Origin: Raineya sp.
Lineage (GTDB): Bacteria; Bacteroidota; Bacteroidia; Cytophagales; Thermonemataceae
DNA: 64,000 bases
Assembly: GCA_025454915.1 (NCBI GenBank)
Contig: JALONN010000010.1
Location: 12,339-76,338 of the forward strand
Direction of reading: 5' to 3'
The notes under the pieces are model-generated. The model did not search any database and was not told where the DNA came from. It saw nothing but the letters and a program-made list of their open reading frames with translations. Numbering within the stretch: position 1 is the first letter of the stretch; each line of letters starts with the position of its first letter. Position numbers and translations under genes: made by a program. This document shows, in pieces, positions 1-9,202 of the stretch.

Positions 1-492
1 AATCTGAATACCTCCTGTTCCACAAACACTACAAGCTATCTGAGGACGAATACCATTTACATTCTGTAAAGCATCAAAAAAATTGGGGGCAGGGTTTTTC
101 TGTAAAAAACGCTCATTATACACTTCTACCAAAATAGGACTTTTACTGATTTCTGTTTCTTTCAGTGTTCCAGACACCACAATCCCCTCTAGTTCGTCTG
201 TAACTTTAGCAATTAACTCTAAAGAAGCATTGATTTCAGTAACTGTAATTTTTTTTGCTAGAGGTTCAATGCCTATCCCATTGACAAACAGGGTATAATC
301 TCCTTGAGCAATATCTGTGATTTTAAAAAAACCAAGACTGTCCGTTACAGCTCCTAAAGAAGTTTTATCCAATCGGAGGGTAATGCCAGCCAATCCTTTT
401 TTGTCTTTATCTTTTACATAACCCTCAAGAGTATTTTGCCCTTGTAGAGTGTAACTAACTAATAAAAAGATAGTTATAATAAGTCTAATCAT
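1..492 (-). CDS. TonB-dependent receptor, N-terminal fragment (signal peptide, CarboxypepD_reg-like domain, start of plug); gene continues left of the window
   Basis: Own translation of the reverse strand from ATG (490-492): MIRLIITIFLLVSYTLQGQNTLEGYVKDKDKKGLAGITLRLDKTSLGAVTDSLGFFKITDIAQGDYTLFVNG...GIVVSGTLKETEISKSPILVEVYNERFLQKNPAPNFFDALQNVNGIRPQIACSVCGTGGIQI. It is open to base 1. It is not in the ORF track because the window edge cuts it. Confidence 0.75.
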   Translation of the reverse strand, partial: MIRLIITIFLLVSYTLQGQNTLEGYVKDKDKKGLAGITLRLDKTSLGAVTDSLGFFKITDIAQGDYTLFVNGIGIEPLAKKITVTEINASLELIAKVTDELEGIVVSGTLKETEISKSPILVEVYNERFLQKNPAPNFFDALQNVNGIRPQIACSVCGTGGIQI

Positions 493-855
493 AAGGTTAA
501 AAAAATGTTATACTCTGATAACGTTTATAAATGCAACATTGTTGCATTTATTGAAATTTTATTTTTAATATTTTTTATACAAATATATATAAAAAATATT
601 TTAGGTTAGTCTAAATTTTATAAATATATTTATCAAAATATTAAAATAGGCTCACAGTAAGGATTGTAGAGAAAAATAACAGAAAGTTAATATTAGAAAA
701 ATACAATTAAAACTTAGAAAAAGTAGAATTTTATGTTATTACATACAAAATTCTTTATAACTTATTAAAGATTTTACTAAAACAGAATTTGTTTGGCAGT
801 ATCTTTGCGACACAAAGATTTTATCACTAAGTTTTTTATCTTTTTACAGTTTTCT

Positions 856-1455
856 ATGATAAGAACTTTACAATATATTCAGACTCCTTGGGGGTATTTT
901 GAGTTAGAGGCTCATTCGGATTTGGAAGTGAAAATTATGGAAGATATGGCTTGGCAAGAAGGGCTCTTCTATGGTAAACCCCGTTATGGACATCCAGAGG
1001 GTAAAATTATCAATCATATTCATGAAGTACTTGAAAATGTCGAAAACCTGCGTTTTAGAGTATCTTTAGAAATGTACGAAAAACTACGCCTCATTACACT
1101 TATCCACGATACGTTCAAGCATAAAGTAAACGAATCTGTTGCCAAAATTGGAAAAAATCATCATGCTTTTATTGCTAGAGAATTTGCAGAGCAATATATT
1201 GCAGATAATTCCGTTTTGGAAGTGATAGAACTACACGATGAAGCCTATCATGCATGGCGTAGAATACGCTATGAACAAAACCATGTAAAAGCAGAGAAAA
1301 AACTCCAAGAACTCATCACTCGATTGGGAAATAATATGGAACTCTTTTATTTGTTCTTTGTATGTGATACTCAAACAGGTGATAAAACCCAAGATCCTTT
1401 GCGTTGGTTTGAAGATAAAACAGGCATGACTCGTGTAGATGTTAGAGAATTCTAA
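856..1455 (+). CDS. hypothetical protein, possible HD-type metal-dependent phosphohydrolase fold
   Basis: ORF 793-1455 starts at a TTG. The first ATG is at 856 (MIRTLQYIQ...). The His/Asp pattern GHPEGKIINHIHEV, LIHDTFKH, LHDEAYH suggests an HD-type fold. I did not recognise the family with certainty. Confidence 0.45.
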   Translation: MIRTLQYIQTPWGYFELEAHSDLEVKIMEDMAWQEGLFYGKPRYGHPEGKIINHIHEVLENVENLRFRVSLEMYEKLRLITLIHDTFKHKVNESVAKIGKNHHAFIAREFAEQYIADNSVLEVIELHDEAYHAWRRIRYEQNHVKAEKKLQELITRLGNNMELFYLFFVCDTQTGDKTQDPLRWFEDKTGMTRVDVREF

Positions 1456-1475
1456 AATCTAAATCTTTAATTCGC

Positions 1476-2138
1476 TTGAAAAAGATACTATTTGCATTCT
1501 TGTTTGTGTGCCTTCAGGGAAATATATTTGCTCAAAGGGCAGGCACTATCAAAATAGCTAAGCTCAAATATAATGGTGGTGGTGACTGGTATGCCAATAA
1601 AACAGCCTTACCAAACCTGATAGATTTTTGTCGTAAAAATCTGAGAATGAACTTGAAAGTAGAGGAAGATGTCGTAGAAGTGGGTAGTCCAGAGATATTC
1701 TCTTATCCCTATGTGTACATGACAGGGCATGGAAATGTAAATTTTTCTACTCAAGAAGCTCAAAATTTACGTCGTTACTTGATAGCAGGAGGTTTTCTAC
1801 ATATTGATGATAACTACGGCTTGGATAAGTACATTCGTGCAGAAATGAAAAAAGTATTTCCTGAATTAAGTTTTGTAGAGCTGCCTTTTAATCATCCTAT
1901 TTATAATATAAAATACCCATTTTCAAAGGGTTTACCTAAGATACACGAACACGATGGCAAACCATCTCAAGGCTTTGGAATAATCTATGAAGGGCGTTTG
2001 GTTTGCTTTTATAGTTATGAATGTGATTTAGGAAATGGTTGGGAAGATCAGTCTGTTCATAACGATCCTGAGGAAGTCAGACAGCAGGCTTTGCGTATGG
2101 GAGCGAATATTTTGTTTTACGCTTTTACCAATTATTAA
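1476..2138 (+). CDS. DUF4159 domain-containing protein (secreted)
   Basis: Signal peptide MKKILFAFLFVCLQGNIFAQ. Family hallmarks: KLKYNGGGDWYANKTALPNL, YVYMTGHGNVNFSTQEAQNLRRYLIAGGFLHIDDNYGLD, GLPKIHEHDGKPSQGFG, DLGNGWED. Confidence 0.8.
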   Translation: MKKILFAFLFVCLQGNIFAQRAGTIKIAKLKYNGGGDWYANKTALPNLIDFCRKNLRMNLKVEEDVVEVGSPEIFSYPYVYMTGHGNVNFSTQEAQNLRRYLIAGGFLHIDDNYGLDKYIRAEMKKVFPELSFVELPFNHPIYNIKYPFSKGLPKIHEHDGKPSQGFGIIYEGRLVCFYSYECDLGNGWEDQSVHNDPEEVRQQALRMGANILFYAFTNY

Positions 2139-2152
2139 TCAAAAGCAATAAA

Positions 2153-2182
2153 AAAGGGATTTCTAATTCAAGAAATCCCTTT
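2153..2182. terminator. bidirectional rho-independent terminator hairpin between convergent genes
   Basis: aaagggatttct / aattca loop / agaaatcccttt, a perfect 12-bp stem flanked by A- and T-runs. Confidence 0.7.
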
Positions 2183-2188
2183 TAGTTT

Positions 2189-2905
2189 TTATCTGTTTTT
2201 TTTGAGTTTCGATGGAATAATCTTTTTATTTTGAGTAGGCTTTTTCTCCTCTATAATTTCAGGTCTGGTATTTGTTGTATTCGTGTTATCTTTTGTATTG
2301 AGTTTAGCTACATAATCCTCCAAATCTGGGATGCTATAGGCTACAGCTCCATTATTATCAATAACGGGCATTGTAATTGAACCATTAGCTCCACCATTTT
2401 TACTTAATAAATCCCACATTTCCTGATTATTTTTATCGTCTTTTGTGGTATTAAGTTCCGTAAACGGAATTTTATTTTCTTTAAGGTAGCTTATAGTCCA
2501 ACTGCATCTTCCACAACCATCCATCGTATAAACCTTAATACCAGACTTGACATTAGTATTGATATTAATATTAGTATTACCTTTTGTGTTAAGTTTGGCT
2601 ACATAATCCTCCAAATCAGGAATACTATAGGCTACAGCTCCATTATTATCAATAACAGGCATCGTGATAGAAGCCCCTCCACCACCATTTTTACTCAATA
2701 AATCCCACATTTCCTGATTGTTTTTATCACTTTTTGTTGTATTGAGTTCGGTAAACGGAATTTTGTTCTCTTTGAGATAGTTTACAGTCCAACTGCATCT
2801 TCCACAACCATTCATGGTATAAACCTTAATTTGCCCCCAAGAAGTAAAGGACAAAAAAAGCAGTGCTATGCACAACGGAAATATTTTTGTCTGATTCTTT
2901 TTCAT
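2189..2905 (-). CDS. secreted protein with two tandem glutaredoxin/thioredoxin-fold domains (CGRC active sites) and a basic C-terminal tail
   Basis: Signal peptide MKKNQTKIFPLCIALLFLSFTSWG. The unit IKVYTM(N/D)GCGRCSWT..YLKENKIPFTELNTTK.DKNNQEMWDLLSKNGG..ITMPVIDNNGAVAYSIPDLEDYVAKLNTK occurs twice. Confidence 0.6.
   Translation of the reverse strand: MKKNQTKIFPLCIALLFLSFTSWGQIKVYTMNGCGRCSWTVNYLKENKIPFTELNTTKSDKNNQEMWDLLSKNGGGGASITMPVIDNNGAVAYSIPDLEDYVAKLNTKGNTNININTNVKSGIKVYTMDGCGRCSWTISYLKENKIPFTELNTTKDDKNNQEMWDLLSKNGGANGSITMPVIDNNGAVAYSIPDLEDYVAKLNTKDNTNTTNTRPEIIEEKKPTQNKKIIPSKLKKNR
2291..2830 (-). repeat. intragenic in-frame tandem duplication, two units offset by 291 bp (about 2291-2538 and 2582-2830)
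   Basis: Direct comparison of the two stretches shows long runs of identical bases, for example ctacataatcctccaaatc.gg.at.ctataggctacagctccattattatcaataac.ggcat in both. Confidence 0.9.
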
Positions 2906-3100
2906 GTTTTTAGAGAGTTAATTTTTGTTTTAAATGAGAAATAAATTTTACTATCTAATATCTATTGAAAGTAGCTAGTTTGTTAAAAATAAGATAATTA
3001 TGCCATAAGTAAATTTAAATAATTTGTTGAAAAAAAGAAATTTAATTTTATATTTCTACTCCTTTGGATGTAGAAAATGTTAAAAAACTCAAATTAAAGT

Positions 3101-3562
3101 ATGTTTATACTTTTGGATATTGATGGTGTACTTGTTACAACTCCTTCTTGGAAAAGTGTAGAGTTGTTGGCAGATGGATTTATGAAATTTAATGAAAAGG
3201 CTACAAACAACTTAAATTTATTTTGTCAGAAAAGAGAAGTAGAAGTCGTTTTAACATCCACACATAGAATTAGTTATGATGAGAATGTTTGGAAAGAAAT
3301 ATTTGCTTTCAGAGGACTATATTTTAATCAAATTTCAAAAATCAACAAAGCCTCAACAATTGAAAATCTGAAATCCAGAATCATAGAAGTAGAAAATTGG
3401 GTTGCTCAACAAGATATATCTGCATCGTATATTATCATTGATGATGATATTTCTTTGCATGGGTTGCCTCAAAGTATCAAAGAACGCTGGATATGTACAA
3501 AACCTTTACTAGGTTTTGATGAAAAAGTCCTCCAAGAAGCATTAAAATTACTGGAAGATTAA
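3101..3562 (+). CDS. HAD-superfamily protein (stand-alone HAD domain of the type seen in 'Swiss-army-knife' RNA-repair proteins)
   Basis: N-terminal motif I FILLDIDGVLVT, then VVLTSTHR and IIIDDD. The subfamily assignment comes from memory of the pattern. Confidence 0.55.
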   Translation: MFILLDIDGVLVTTPSWKSVELLADGFMKFNEKATNNLNLFCQKREVEVVLTSTHRISYDENVWKEIFAFRGLYFNQISKINKASTIENLKSRIIEVENWVAQQDISASYIIIDDDISLHGLPQSIKERWICTKPLLGFDEKVLQEALKLLED

Positions 3563-3599
3563 TCAAATAAGATAAATTCTTTTATCTACTTGGAAAAGT

Positions 3600-4379
3600 T
3601 TGAGCATAAATGCAATATTGCAACCCGAAAGAATAAATAGACAGAGCATGGAGGTTTCTAATCATATCAAACAAGCATATAAGGAGCAATATGATGCTTC
3701 AATGACTGAATGGCGTAATATTGGAGCAAAGTACAAAGCAAAAAATATTGTTGATTTAGCCAAGAGTATTACATTCAAAAATGTACTAGAGGTGGGTGCA
3801 GGAGAAGGAAGTATCTTAAACTGGCTCTCAGAATGGGGATTTTCAGAAAATTTGTATGGAGTGGAAATCTCTGAAAGTGGAATAGAAAAAATCCAGTCAA
3901 AAAATATTAAAAATCTTAAAGAGATATTATTGTTTGATGGTTATAAAATTCCTTACCCAGATAATCATTTCGATTTGGTGATATGCTCACACGTAATGGA
4001 GCATGTAGAACATGAAAGAGTACTTTTACGAGAAATTAAACGTGTTTCAAAACATCAGATATTTGAAGTTCCTATTGATTTTTCTTTTTATGTAGATAAA
4101 AAGTTCAAACATTTCTTGTCTTATGGACACATCAATATCTACACACCTGCATTATTCAGGTTTCTACTACTTTCTGAAGGCTTCAAAACTTTAAAAGATA
4201 ATTGTCATTTATACCACTCCGATGTGCTTAAAATGACTTATAAAAACAACTCTTTGGGGTTGCTTGTTACTAAAATTAAACATTTCCTTCTTAGGTTATT
4301 TCCTTATTTTAGAGGTATTAAACCTAGTTCATATGCCATTCTGACTTCCAAAAATGACCAAGAAGTGAGAATATTCTAA
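3600..4379 (+). CDS. class I SAM-dependent methyltransferase
   Basis: Motif I VLEVGAGEGSILNWL and post-I/motif II DLVICSHVMEHVEHE. The start is uncertain: TTG at 3600 or ATG at 3648 (MEVSNH...). Confidence 0.75.
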   Translation: MSINAILQPERINRQSMEVSNHIKQAYKEQYDASMTEWRNIGAKYKAKNIVDLAKSITFKNVLEVGAGEGSILNWLSEWGFSENLYGVEISESGIEKIQSKNIKNLKEILLFDGYKIPYPDNHFDLVICSHVMEHVEHERVLLREIKRVSKHQIFEVPIDFSFYVDKKFKHFLSYGHINIYTPALFRFLLLSEGFKTLKDNCHLYHSDVLKMTYKNNSLGLLVTKIKHFLLRLFPYFRGIKPSSYAILTSKNDQEVRIF

Positions 4380-4431
4380 ACATACAACAAAAATTATAGA
4401 CATAAACCTATCAGGTTATTATACAGTTTTT

Positions 4432-4457
4432 AGCCAAAATAATATTTTGGCTTTTTT
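4432..4457 (+). terminator. rho-independent terminator after the methyltransferase gene
   Basis: agccaaaat-aat-attttggct followed by tttttctg. Confidence 0.6.
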
Positions 4458-4666
4458 CTGTTCTTTGTATCAAAAAAAGTGAAAACCTGCATAAAATAAT
4501 AATTCTTTGTTATATGCTAGAAATATGTAGTAAATGTTAAAATAATTCATATTATTACCAAGCTTGTGTAACTCATTTTCAAGCATATTTAGATTTTTTA
4601 CTATACTCTTATGCTTCTAATAATGCCAGAAGCAATGTATATGTTCATTTTATCAAGAAAAGAGAT

Positions 4667-5341
4667 ATGAATTACAAACAAAGGCTTCAAGAAATGATTA
4701 TGAGCCTTCAAAAAAATCCTAATGTGGATATTTTGGAAGTAAAAATAAATGAAGGTATTGATGAGGAAAAGCTACAAAATCTTCTTGCAAATCATCAAAA
4801 AAAGCATAAAATAGATTTGCCACAAAGTTTTATAAACCTTTACAGACAAATCAATGGGTTCAAATTGGAGTGGAAACCTAAAAAAGAAATGCTTGTAGAA
4901 ATGGATGGAGAGCCAGAAAAGTGGAATTTAGATACTTGCTACACAGAATTTTTTCCATTGCAAAATGTATTGATTGATACCAAAGATGAAGTTTACTGGG
5001 ATGATGAGGAAACTGAATTAAAAATGGCTTTCCAATTTTACATTGATTATGAAATGGAAATGCAAGGAACTTGGCTTTTAGGTACAGGTAAAAAATTATA
5101 TTTGTATTATATTGATAATCAAGGAGAGGATGTGAGGGAAATTAAACTTGATTTTGAGATTTTTTTTGAATTATACTTGGCTTCAAGAGGCTTTTTTTGT
5201 TGGCAAGAAGCAATACTCCCTAAAATAGAAACCCTACAAGATATTAATTATGAGGTCTTTCACGCTTGGATGCCAGCTTTATTTACCGATTTTAAACCTG
5301 AATTATTTAAAAGACCAAAAACATCTTTATCCAAATTTTAA
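4667..5341 (+). CDS. SUKH (SMI1/KNR4)-like protein, immunity-protein type
   Basis: IDLPQSFINLYRQINGFKLEW is the typical SUKH 'LP..y..f....NG' signature. It is acidic, has no signal peptide, and carries C-terminal IKLDFEIFFELYLAS. Confidence 0.45.
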   Translation: MNYKQRLQEMIMSLQKNPNVDILEVKINEGIDEEKLQNLLANHQKKHKIDLPQSFINLYRQINGFKLEWKPKKEMLVEMDGEPEKWNLDTCYTEFFPLQNVLIDTKDEVYWDDEETELKMAFQFYIDYEMEMQGTWLLGTGKKLYLYYIDNQGEDVREIKLDFEIFFELYLASRGFFCWQEAILPKIETLQDINYEVFHAWMPALFTDFKPELFKRPKTSLSKF

Positions 5342-5398
5342 ACCAGCTTTGATAGAAGAATTATTTTATAATCAGATTGATTTTAAGTTTTTAGACAA

Positions 5399-5860
5399 AT
5401 GAAAAAATATACACCCAAACATACCACCAATGTAGAAGTGGAAAGTTGTGTTTGTTTTATGATAGATGGTGTTGAAATAGCTATTTATGAAGATTATACT
5501 AAAAGCCAGATACATATTATATCAGGTTGGGTCAATCAAATAATGTATGCTCCTATTTTTGAGTTCAGAATGCAAGCATATTGTGATTATGCAGAATTTT
5601 ACATTGAACAAAAGGATTGGCAAACGATGCTGATTACCACACAATTTTATGATGGTTCGGATAAAGTAGAAGCTTTTTGTGATGCAAAAACAGTTTATGA
5701 GAAGATAATTGTTTTAATGGAGCATTATTTTTTAGAAGTAGAAAAAAATCCTGATTTTTTTAACTCCTTTCCTACTCATCGTAAACCAAACATTCAAAAG
5801 CATAAAGAGGATTTTCATATCATTAAAAAATTTTATCAACAACATTATCAAAACGTCTAA
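5399..5860 (+). CDS. hypothetical protein (member of the orphan small-gene array)
   Basis: 153-aa ORF on the same strand and with the same spacing as its neighbours. No motif recognised. Confidence 0.45.
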   Translation: MKKYTPKHTTNVEVESCVCFMIDGVEIAIYEDYTKSQIHIISGWVNQIMYAPIFEFRMQAYCDYAEFYIEQKDWQTMLITTQFYDGSDKVEAFCDAKTVYEKIIVLMEHYFLEVEKNPDFFNSFPTHRKPNIQKHKEDFHIIKKFYQQHYQNV

Positions 5861-6218
5861 ACACCTATCTACACGATTATGAGGAAATAAAAGTTTTTTT
5901 TGAACAACAGCCTTTTGAAATACTTGGTGAAGTAAATGGCGGATTTACTTTACCAAAAAAACAGATATATATGCAATAGAACACTAGGAGATAATATTTA
6001 TATTCTTCCTGTGGCTATAAGCCTTTGGTGTGATATTCAAAATTCTTCCTGTGGCTATAAGCCTTTGGTGTGATATTCAAACAGAAACAAATATTAAAGA
6101 CAAAACACTAGCACTTGAAATTCTGGATAATTTTAATAAAATTAATCCTGATATAAGCAGCGAATTTTGGGAAATACACTGTTTTACACGTTTAAATATG
6201 GGTTTTTCTTTAGATTAA
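5860..6218 (+). pseudogene. decaying SUKH-like gene: N-terminal remnant without a start, a frame change near an A7 run, and a frame-breaking 40-bp tandem duplication
   Basis: One frame reads ..YEEIKVFFEQQPFEILGEVNGGFTLPKKQIYMQ*. A second frame, from ATG 5936, reads MADLLYQKNRYICNRTLGDNIYILPVAISLWCDIQ and then runs into the duplicated 40-mer and a TGA. Deleting one 40-mer joins it in frame to track ORF 6030-6218 (..ILPVAISLWCDIQTETNIKDKTLALEILDNF..). Confidence 0.55.
6002..6081 (+). repeat. perfect 40-bp tandem duplication (6002-6041 and 6042-6081)
   Basis: attcttcctgtggctataagcctttggtgtgatattcaaa occurs twice back to back. Confidence 0.97.
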
Positions 6219-6235
6219 TTAAAATACTGAAAATT

Positions 6236-7465
6236 ATGTCAAATACTCCTTTATTAGATGATTTTTTAGAATTTGCAAATGTTGCAAAACTATCTTTTTT
6301 TACTCCTAAAGCAGATTATTCTGTTTCAGCACTTAATTATTTACCTAACAATCCCCGTATCAAAAAAGAAGATTTTGTATTGCTGGGCTTTAAGGAAGAG
6401 AATTTCTATAATGAAGAATACAAAAGATTGCGTTATACTTATTTTATTTGGAAAATTAATCCAAATGAAAATCTCGAAAATCAGCCTGTTGTAATGGCTT
6501 TAGAAAGCAATTTTACACCAATTGGTGTGATTGCTCGCAATTTTCGTACATTTTTGTCTATGCTTATTTACCCAAAATCTATGGATTCTGGCTTGGTTAA
6601 GACGTATATTTACCATGATAAAATAACTCAAAAACAAGTTGCAGAACTCCCTACAGGAAAAATAGAATGGGAATTTGATGAATTACAAAATGAAGAAAAG
6701 AAAAATGGACAAAATACTGTTAATGAATTTCTTGGATTTTTAGAAAAACATCAAATTTTACTTTGTGAAGATATTTATAAAACGGTTTTTGAGGCAGTCA
6801 ACAGTTTTGAGCATTTGGATAGCAAATCTTTTATTCATCAACTCACCAAAAATTTTCCTGATATGCAAATGCCTGCTTTAATAAGGGATTTCTACGTTCT
6901 TATTGATAAACATAATATCTCCTTAACCGAATTTGAAGATGATAGAGGTAATCACATTTCTGAAAGTGGCATAATTCCATATTTTGTAAGAGCAGATTTG
7001 GCACATTATTTTATAAAACTTGGACTAACTGGCTCAGGCGGATATTATGCCATTTGGCTCATTTTTCCTGATAAAAAAGTAGAGGACAATCCCGTTTTAT
7101 TGTTAGATTCTGAGGCTTCACCTGTGGCTGTGGTTGCTCGAAATTTTCAGGAATATCTTTGCATTGCTCACACAAATATTTATGCTTTTATTTCTGATAT
7201 AGAAAGTGATGCAGAAGCAGGCAGAGAAATCGAAACGATGGATGATACCATCATACAAGAACACCTTGAATATTTCAAAGAAGAGAACAAAGCAGATGAA
7301 TATGAAAATTTGCCTGAAAAAGCAAGTTTATGGTTTGATTTTGTAGCAAAAAATACCCCTGATGTTGAAGAGAAAAATCCTTTTCAAATTATCAAAAATG
7401 CATATCTGACAATGCCAAATTTATTGGAATGGCTCAAAAAAGAAATGCCTGAAATGTGGAATTAG
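6236..7465 (+). CDS. hypothetical protein with two internal SUKH-like modules
   Basis: Track ORF 6167-7465. The likely start is ATG 6236 (MSNTPLLDDF...). Internal repeat: PVVMALESNFTPIGVIARNFRTFLSMLIYP versus PVLLLDSEASPVAVVARNFQEYLCIAHTNIY. Confidence 0.45.
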   Translation: MSNTPLLDDFLEFANVAKLSFFTPKADYSVSALNYLPNNPRIKKEDFVLLGFKEENFYNEEYKRLRYTYFIWKINPNENLENQPVVMALESNFTPIGVIARNFRTFLSMLIYPKSMDSGLVKTYIYHDKITQKQVAELPTGKIEWEFDELQNEEKKNGQNTVNEFLGFLEKHQILLCEDIYKTVFEAVNSFEHLDSKSFIHQLTKNFPDMQMPALIRDFYVLIDKHNISLTEFEDDRGNHISESGIIPYFVRADLAHYFIKLGLTGSGGYYAIWLIFPDKKVEDNPVLLLDSEASPVAVVARNFQEYLCIAHTNIYAFISDIESDAEAGREIETMDDTIIQEHLEYFKEENKADEYENLPEKASLWFDFVAKNTPDVEEKNPFQIIKNAYLTMPNLLEWLKKEMPEMWN

Positions 7466-7518
7466 TTTTTAATGTGAATTTTTATTTATATAAATTTTAA
7501 ACAGTTTTACTAAACAGC

Positions 7519-8379
7519 ATGAAAATAGAACATTCTATCTCTGATTATCAGGGAGAAATTCTTTCAAAAGACGCAGGCAAAGCAGTACTAAAATTTGATA
7601 AAAATTATTTCAATAATTACAAAAATGAAGATTTTAATGAGCATTTTGTGGTACAGGCTTTACTAGCATTCAACTTGTTGGAAAAATTAAGTATAGGGCA
7701 TTATTCAGTTTACAAAAGTATTTACTTGTACGATAAAGCCATTTGCCAACCTGCTATTGCTATCACAGGTGAAGATGTGGATATATACACACATCTGTGT
7801 ATGCTCGAAGAAAAGCTTAAATTGTATAACAGAACATCTGCCACACCCGACGAAATAGCGTGGATAATGAAAGAACTGGAAAAATATTATCCTGCTGAAA
7901 AAATTGCAGAAACTAAAGCAAACCCACAAGAAATAAGTACCTTAATTTATCATAAAAAATCTCCCATTTGGCAATCTTTTCAGAAAAAGACTGCTCCCAA
8001 TCCTATACGTACTTTTGAATGGAAACGCAAAAAAGATGCACAAAACAGGGAAGTATTTGATTATTCCTTGCCTGCTACACTGTTTTTGAATACTGTAACT
8101 TTTGATGAAAAAGAATATAAAAAGTTAGATGATGTGGTCAAGCATATTTTGCTAAAGTATGAAATTAACCACCAAACAGATAGTTTGACTATTTCGGTAG
8201 AATTTCAGAACATTCAGCCTAAACCCAAGAAAACAAAAATTCCACCAATGGATTTTGAGAGTTTGAAAGGCAAAAAAATAGATGCATATCATTATTTTAA
8301 TACGCTTACAGAACTTTTTGGTTGGAAGTATGATAAAGAAGAATCAGACCTTTTTTGTAAACTTTCTAAGACTTTTTGA
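7519..8379 (+). CDS. hypothetical protein (orphan array)
   Basis: 286-aa ORF on the same strand as its neighbours. No motif recognised. Confidence 0.45.
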   Translation: MKIEHSISDYQGEILSKDAGKAVLKFDKNYFNNYKNEDFNEHFVVQALLAFNLLEKLSIGHYSVYKSIYLYDKAICQPAIAITGEDVDIYTHLCMLEEKLKLYNRTSATPDEIAWIMKELEKYYPAEKIAETKANPQEISTLIYHKKSPIWQSFQKKTAPNPIRTFEWKRKKDAQNREVFDYSLPATLFLNTVTFDEKEYKKLDDVVKHILLKYEINHQTDSLTISVEFQNIQPKPKKTKIPPMDFESLKGKKIDAYHYFNTLTELFGWKYDKEESDLFCKLSKTF

Positions 8380-8450
8380 TATGAAGGCATTGTTTTGGAA
8401 TTTGAATAAGTTAATCAAAATAAATTATTATTTAAAATAGCTAAAAGTTT

Positions 8451-9164
8451 ATGTCATCACCACTTTCAAATATCCATTTTTGGAAAATAGACAACAAAAC
8501 TTGCAAAATTGAATGTTCTTTAGCATCACAATTTTCGCAAACAGGATATATACATGAGGAAAATTTGCCTTCTACTGCGTTAGTCATGCTTTGCGAATTG
8601 ATAGACAGAAGTTCTACCAAAGTAAATTCTAAATTATTAGAATTGCTTGAAAATGATTTGAATATTACAGAAGAAAGCAAAACTAATAAAAATGAATATG
8701 TTTCTAATTATTTTATTCCACCAAGTATTGCCATGAAATACATTGAAAAATGCGAACAGATAGAAAAAAATCAAGAATTATTATTTGTTGATACGATAGA
8801 ATCTCTTAATCTTCCGACTGAAAGAGAGGACGCATTTTGGGCGGATATTTTTAAAAATGCAGAACATGATTTTTATAAACCTACAAGAAAAGAAGTAGAA
8901 GATTTGTGGGGAGAAGAAGAAAGAGAGGAAATAGAATACTTTTTGAAACAACCTCATGGATATTTTGGAAATATGAATTTTCTGCAAAATTGGGAAATTT
9001 TAGAAAAGCATCTTACACCTAAAGAAATAAATAAAATTCACCCAAGACAAGTCTTTAAAATTACGTTCAAAGAGGATTATTTGGCAGATATTGAAGATTT
9101 GGAATCCCATCAATCTTGCTTAGATGCTAATATCTCGCACTGGTTAGAGGAAAAGAAGTTTTAG
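8451..9164 (+). CDS. hypothetical protein (orphan array)
   Basis: 237-aa acidic ORF. No motif recognised. Confidence 0.45.
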   Translation: MSSPLSNIHFWKIDNKTCKIECSLASQFSQTGYIHEENLPSTALVMLCELIDRSSTKVNSKLLELLENDLNITEESKTNKNEYVSNYFIPPSIAMKYIEKCEQIEKNQELLFVDTIESLNLPTEREDAFWADIFKNAEHDFYKPTRKEVEDLWGEEEREEIEYFLKQPHGYFGNMNFLQNWEILEKHLTPKEINKIHPRQVFKITFKEDYLADIEDLESHQSCLDANISHWLEEKKF

Positions 9165-9202
9165 TACAAAACATTCAATAATTTTCTTAAAATTTGGTCA
9201 TT

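Noticed and set aside
6167-6235. N-terminal extensions in the ORF track from non-ATG or upstream starts (6167, 793, 9194, 16793, 18805, 33563, 41742, 47716).
   Set aside because: In each case a downstream ATG gives a more natural N-terminus (a signal peptide or a conserved family start). The extension also overlaps a neighbouring feature or reads as low-complexity sequence.
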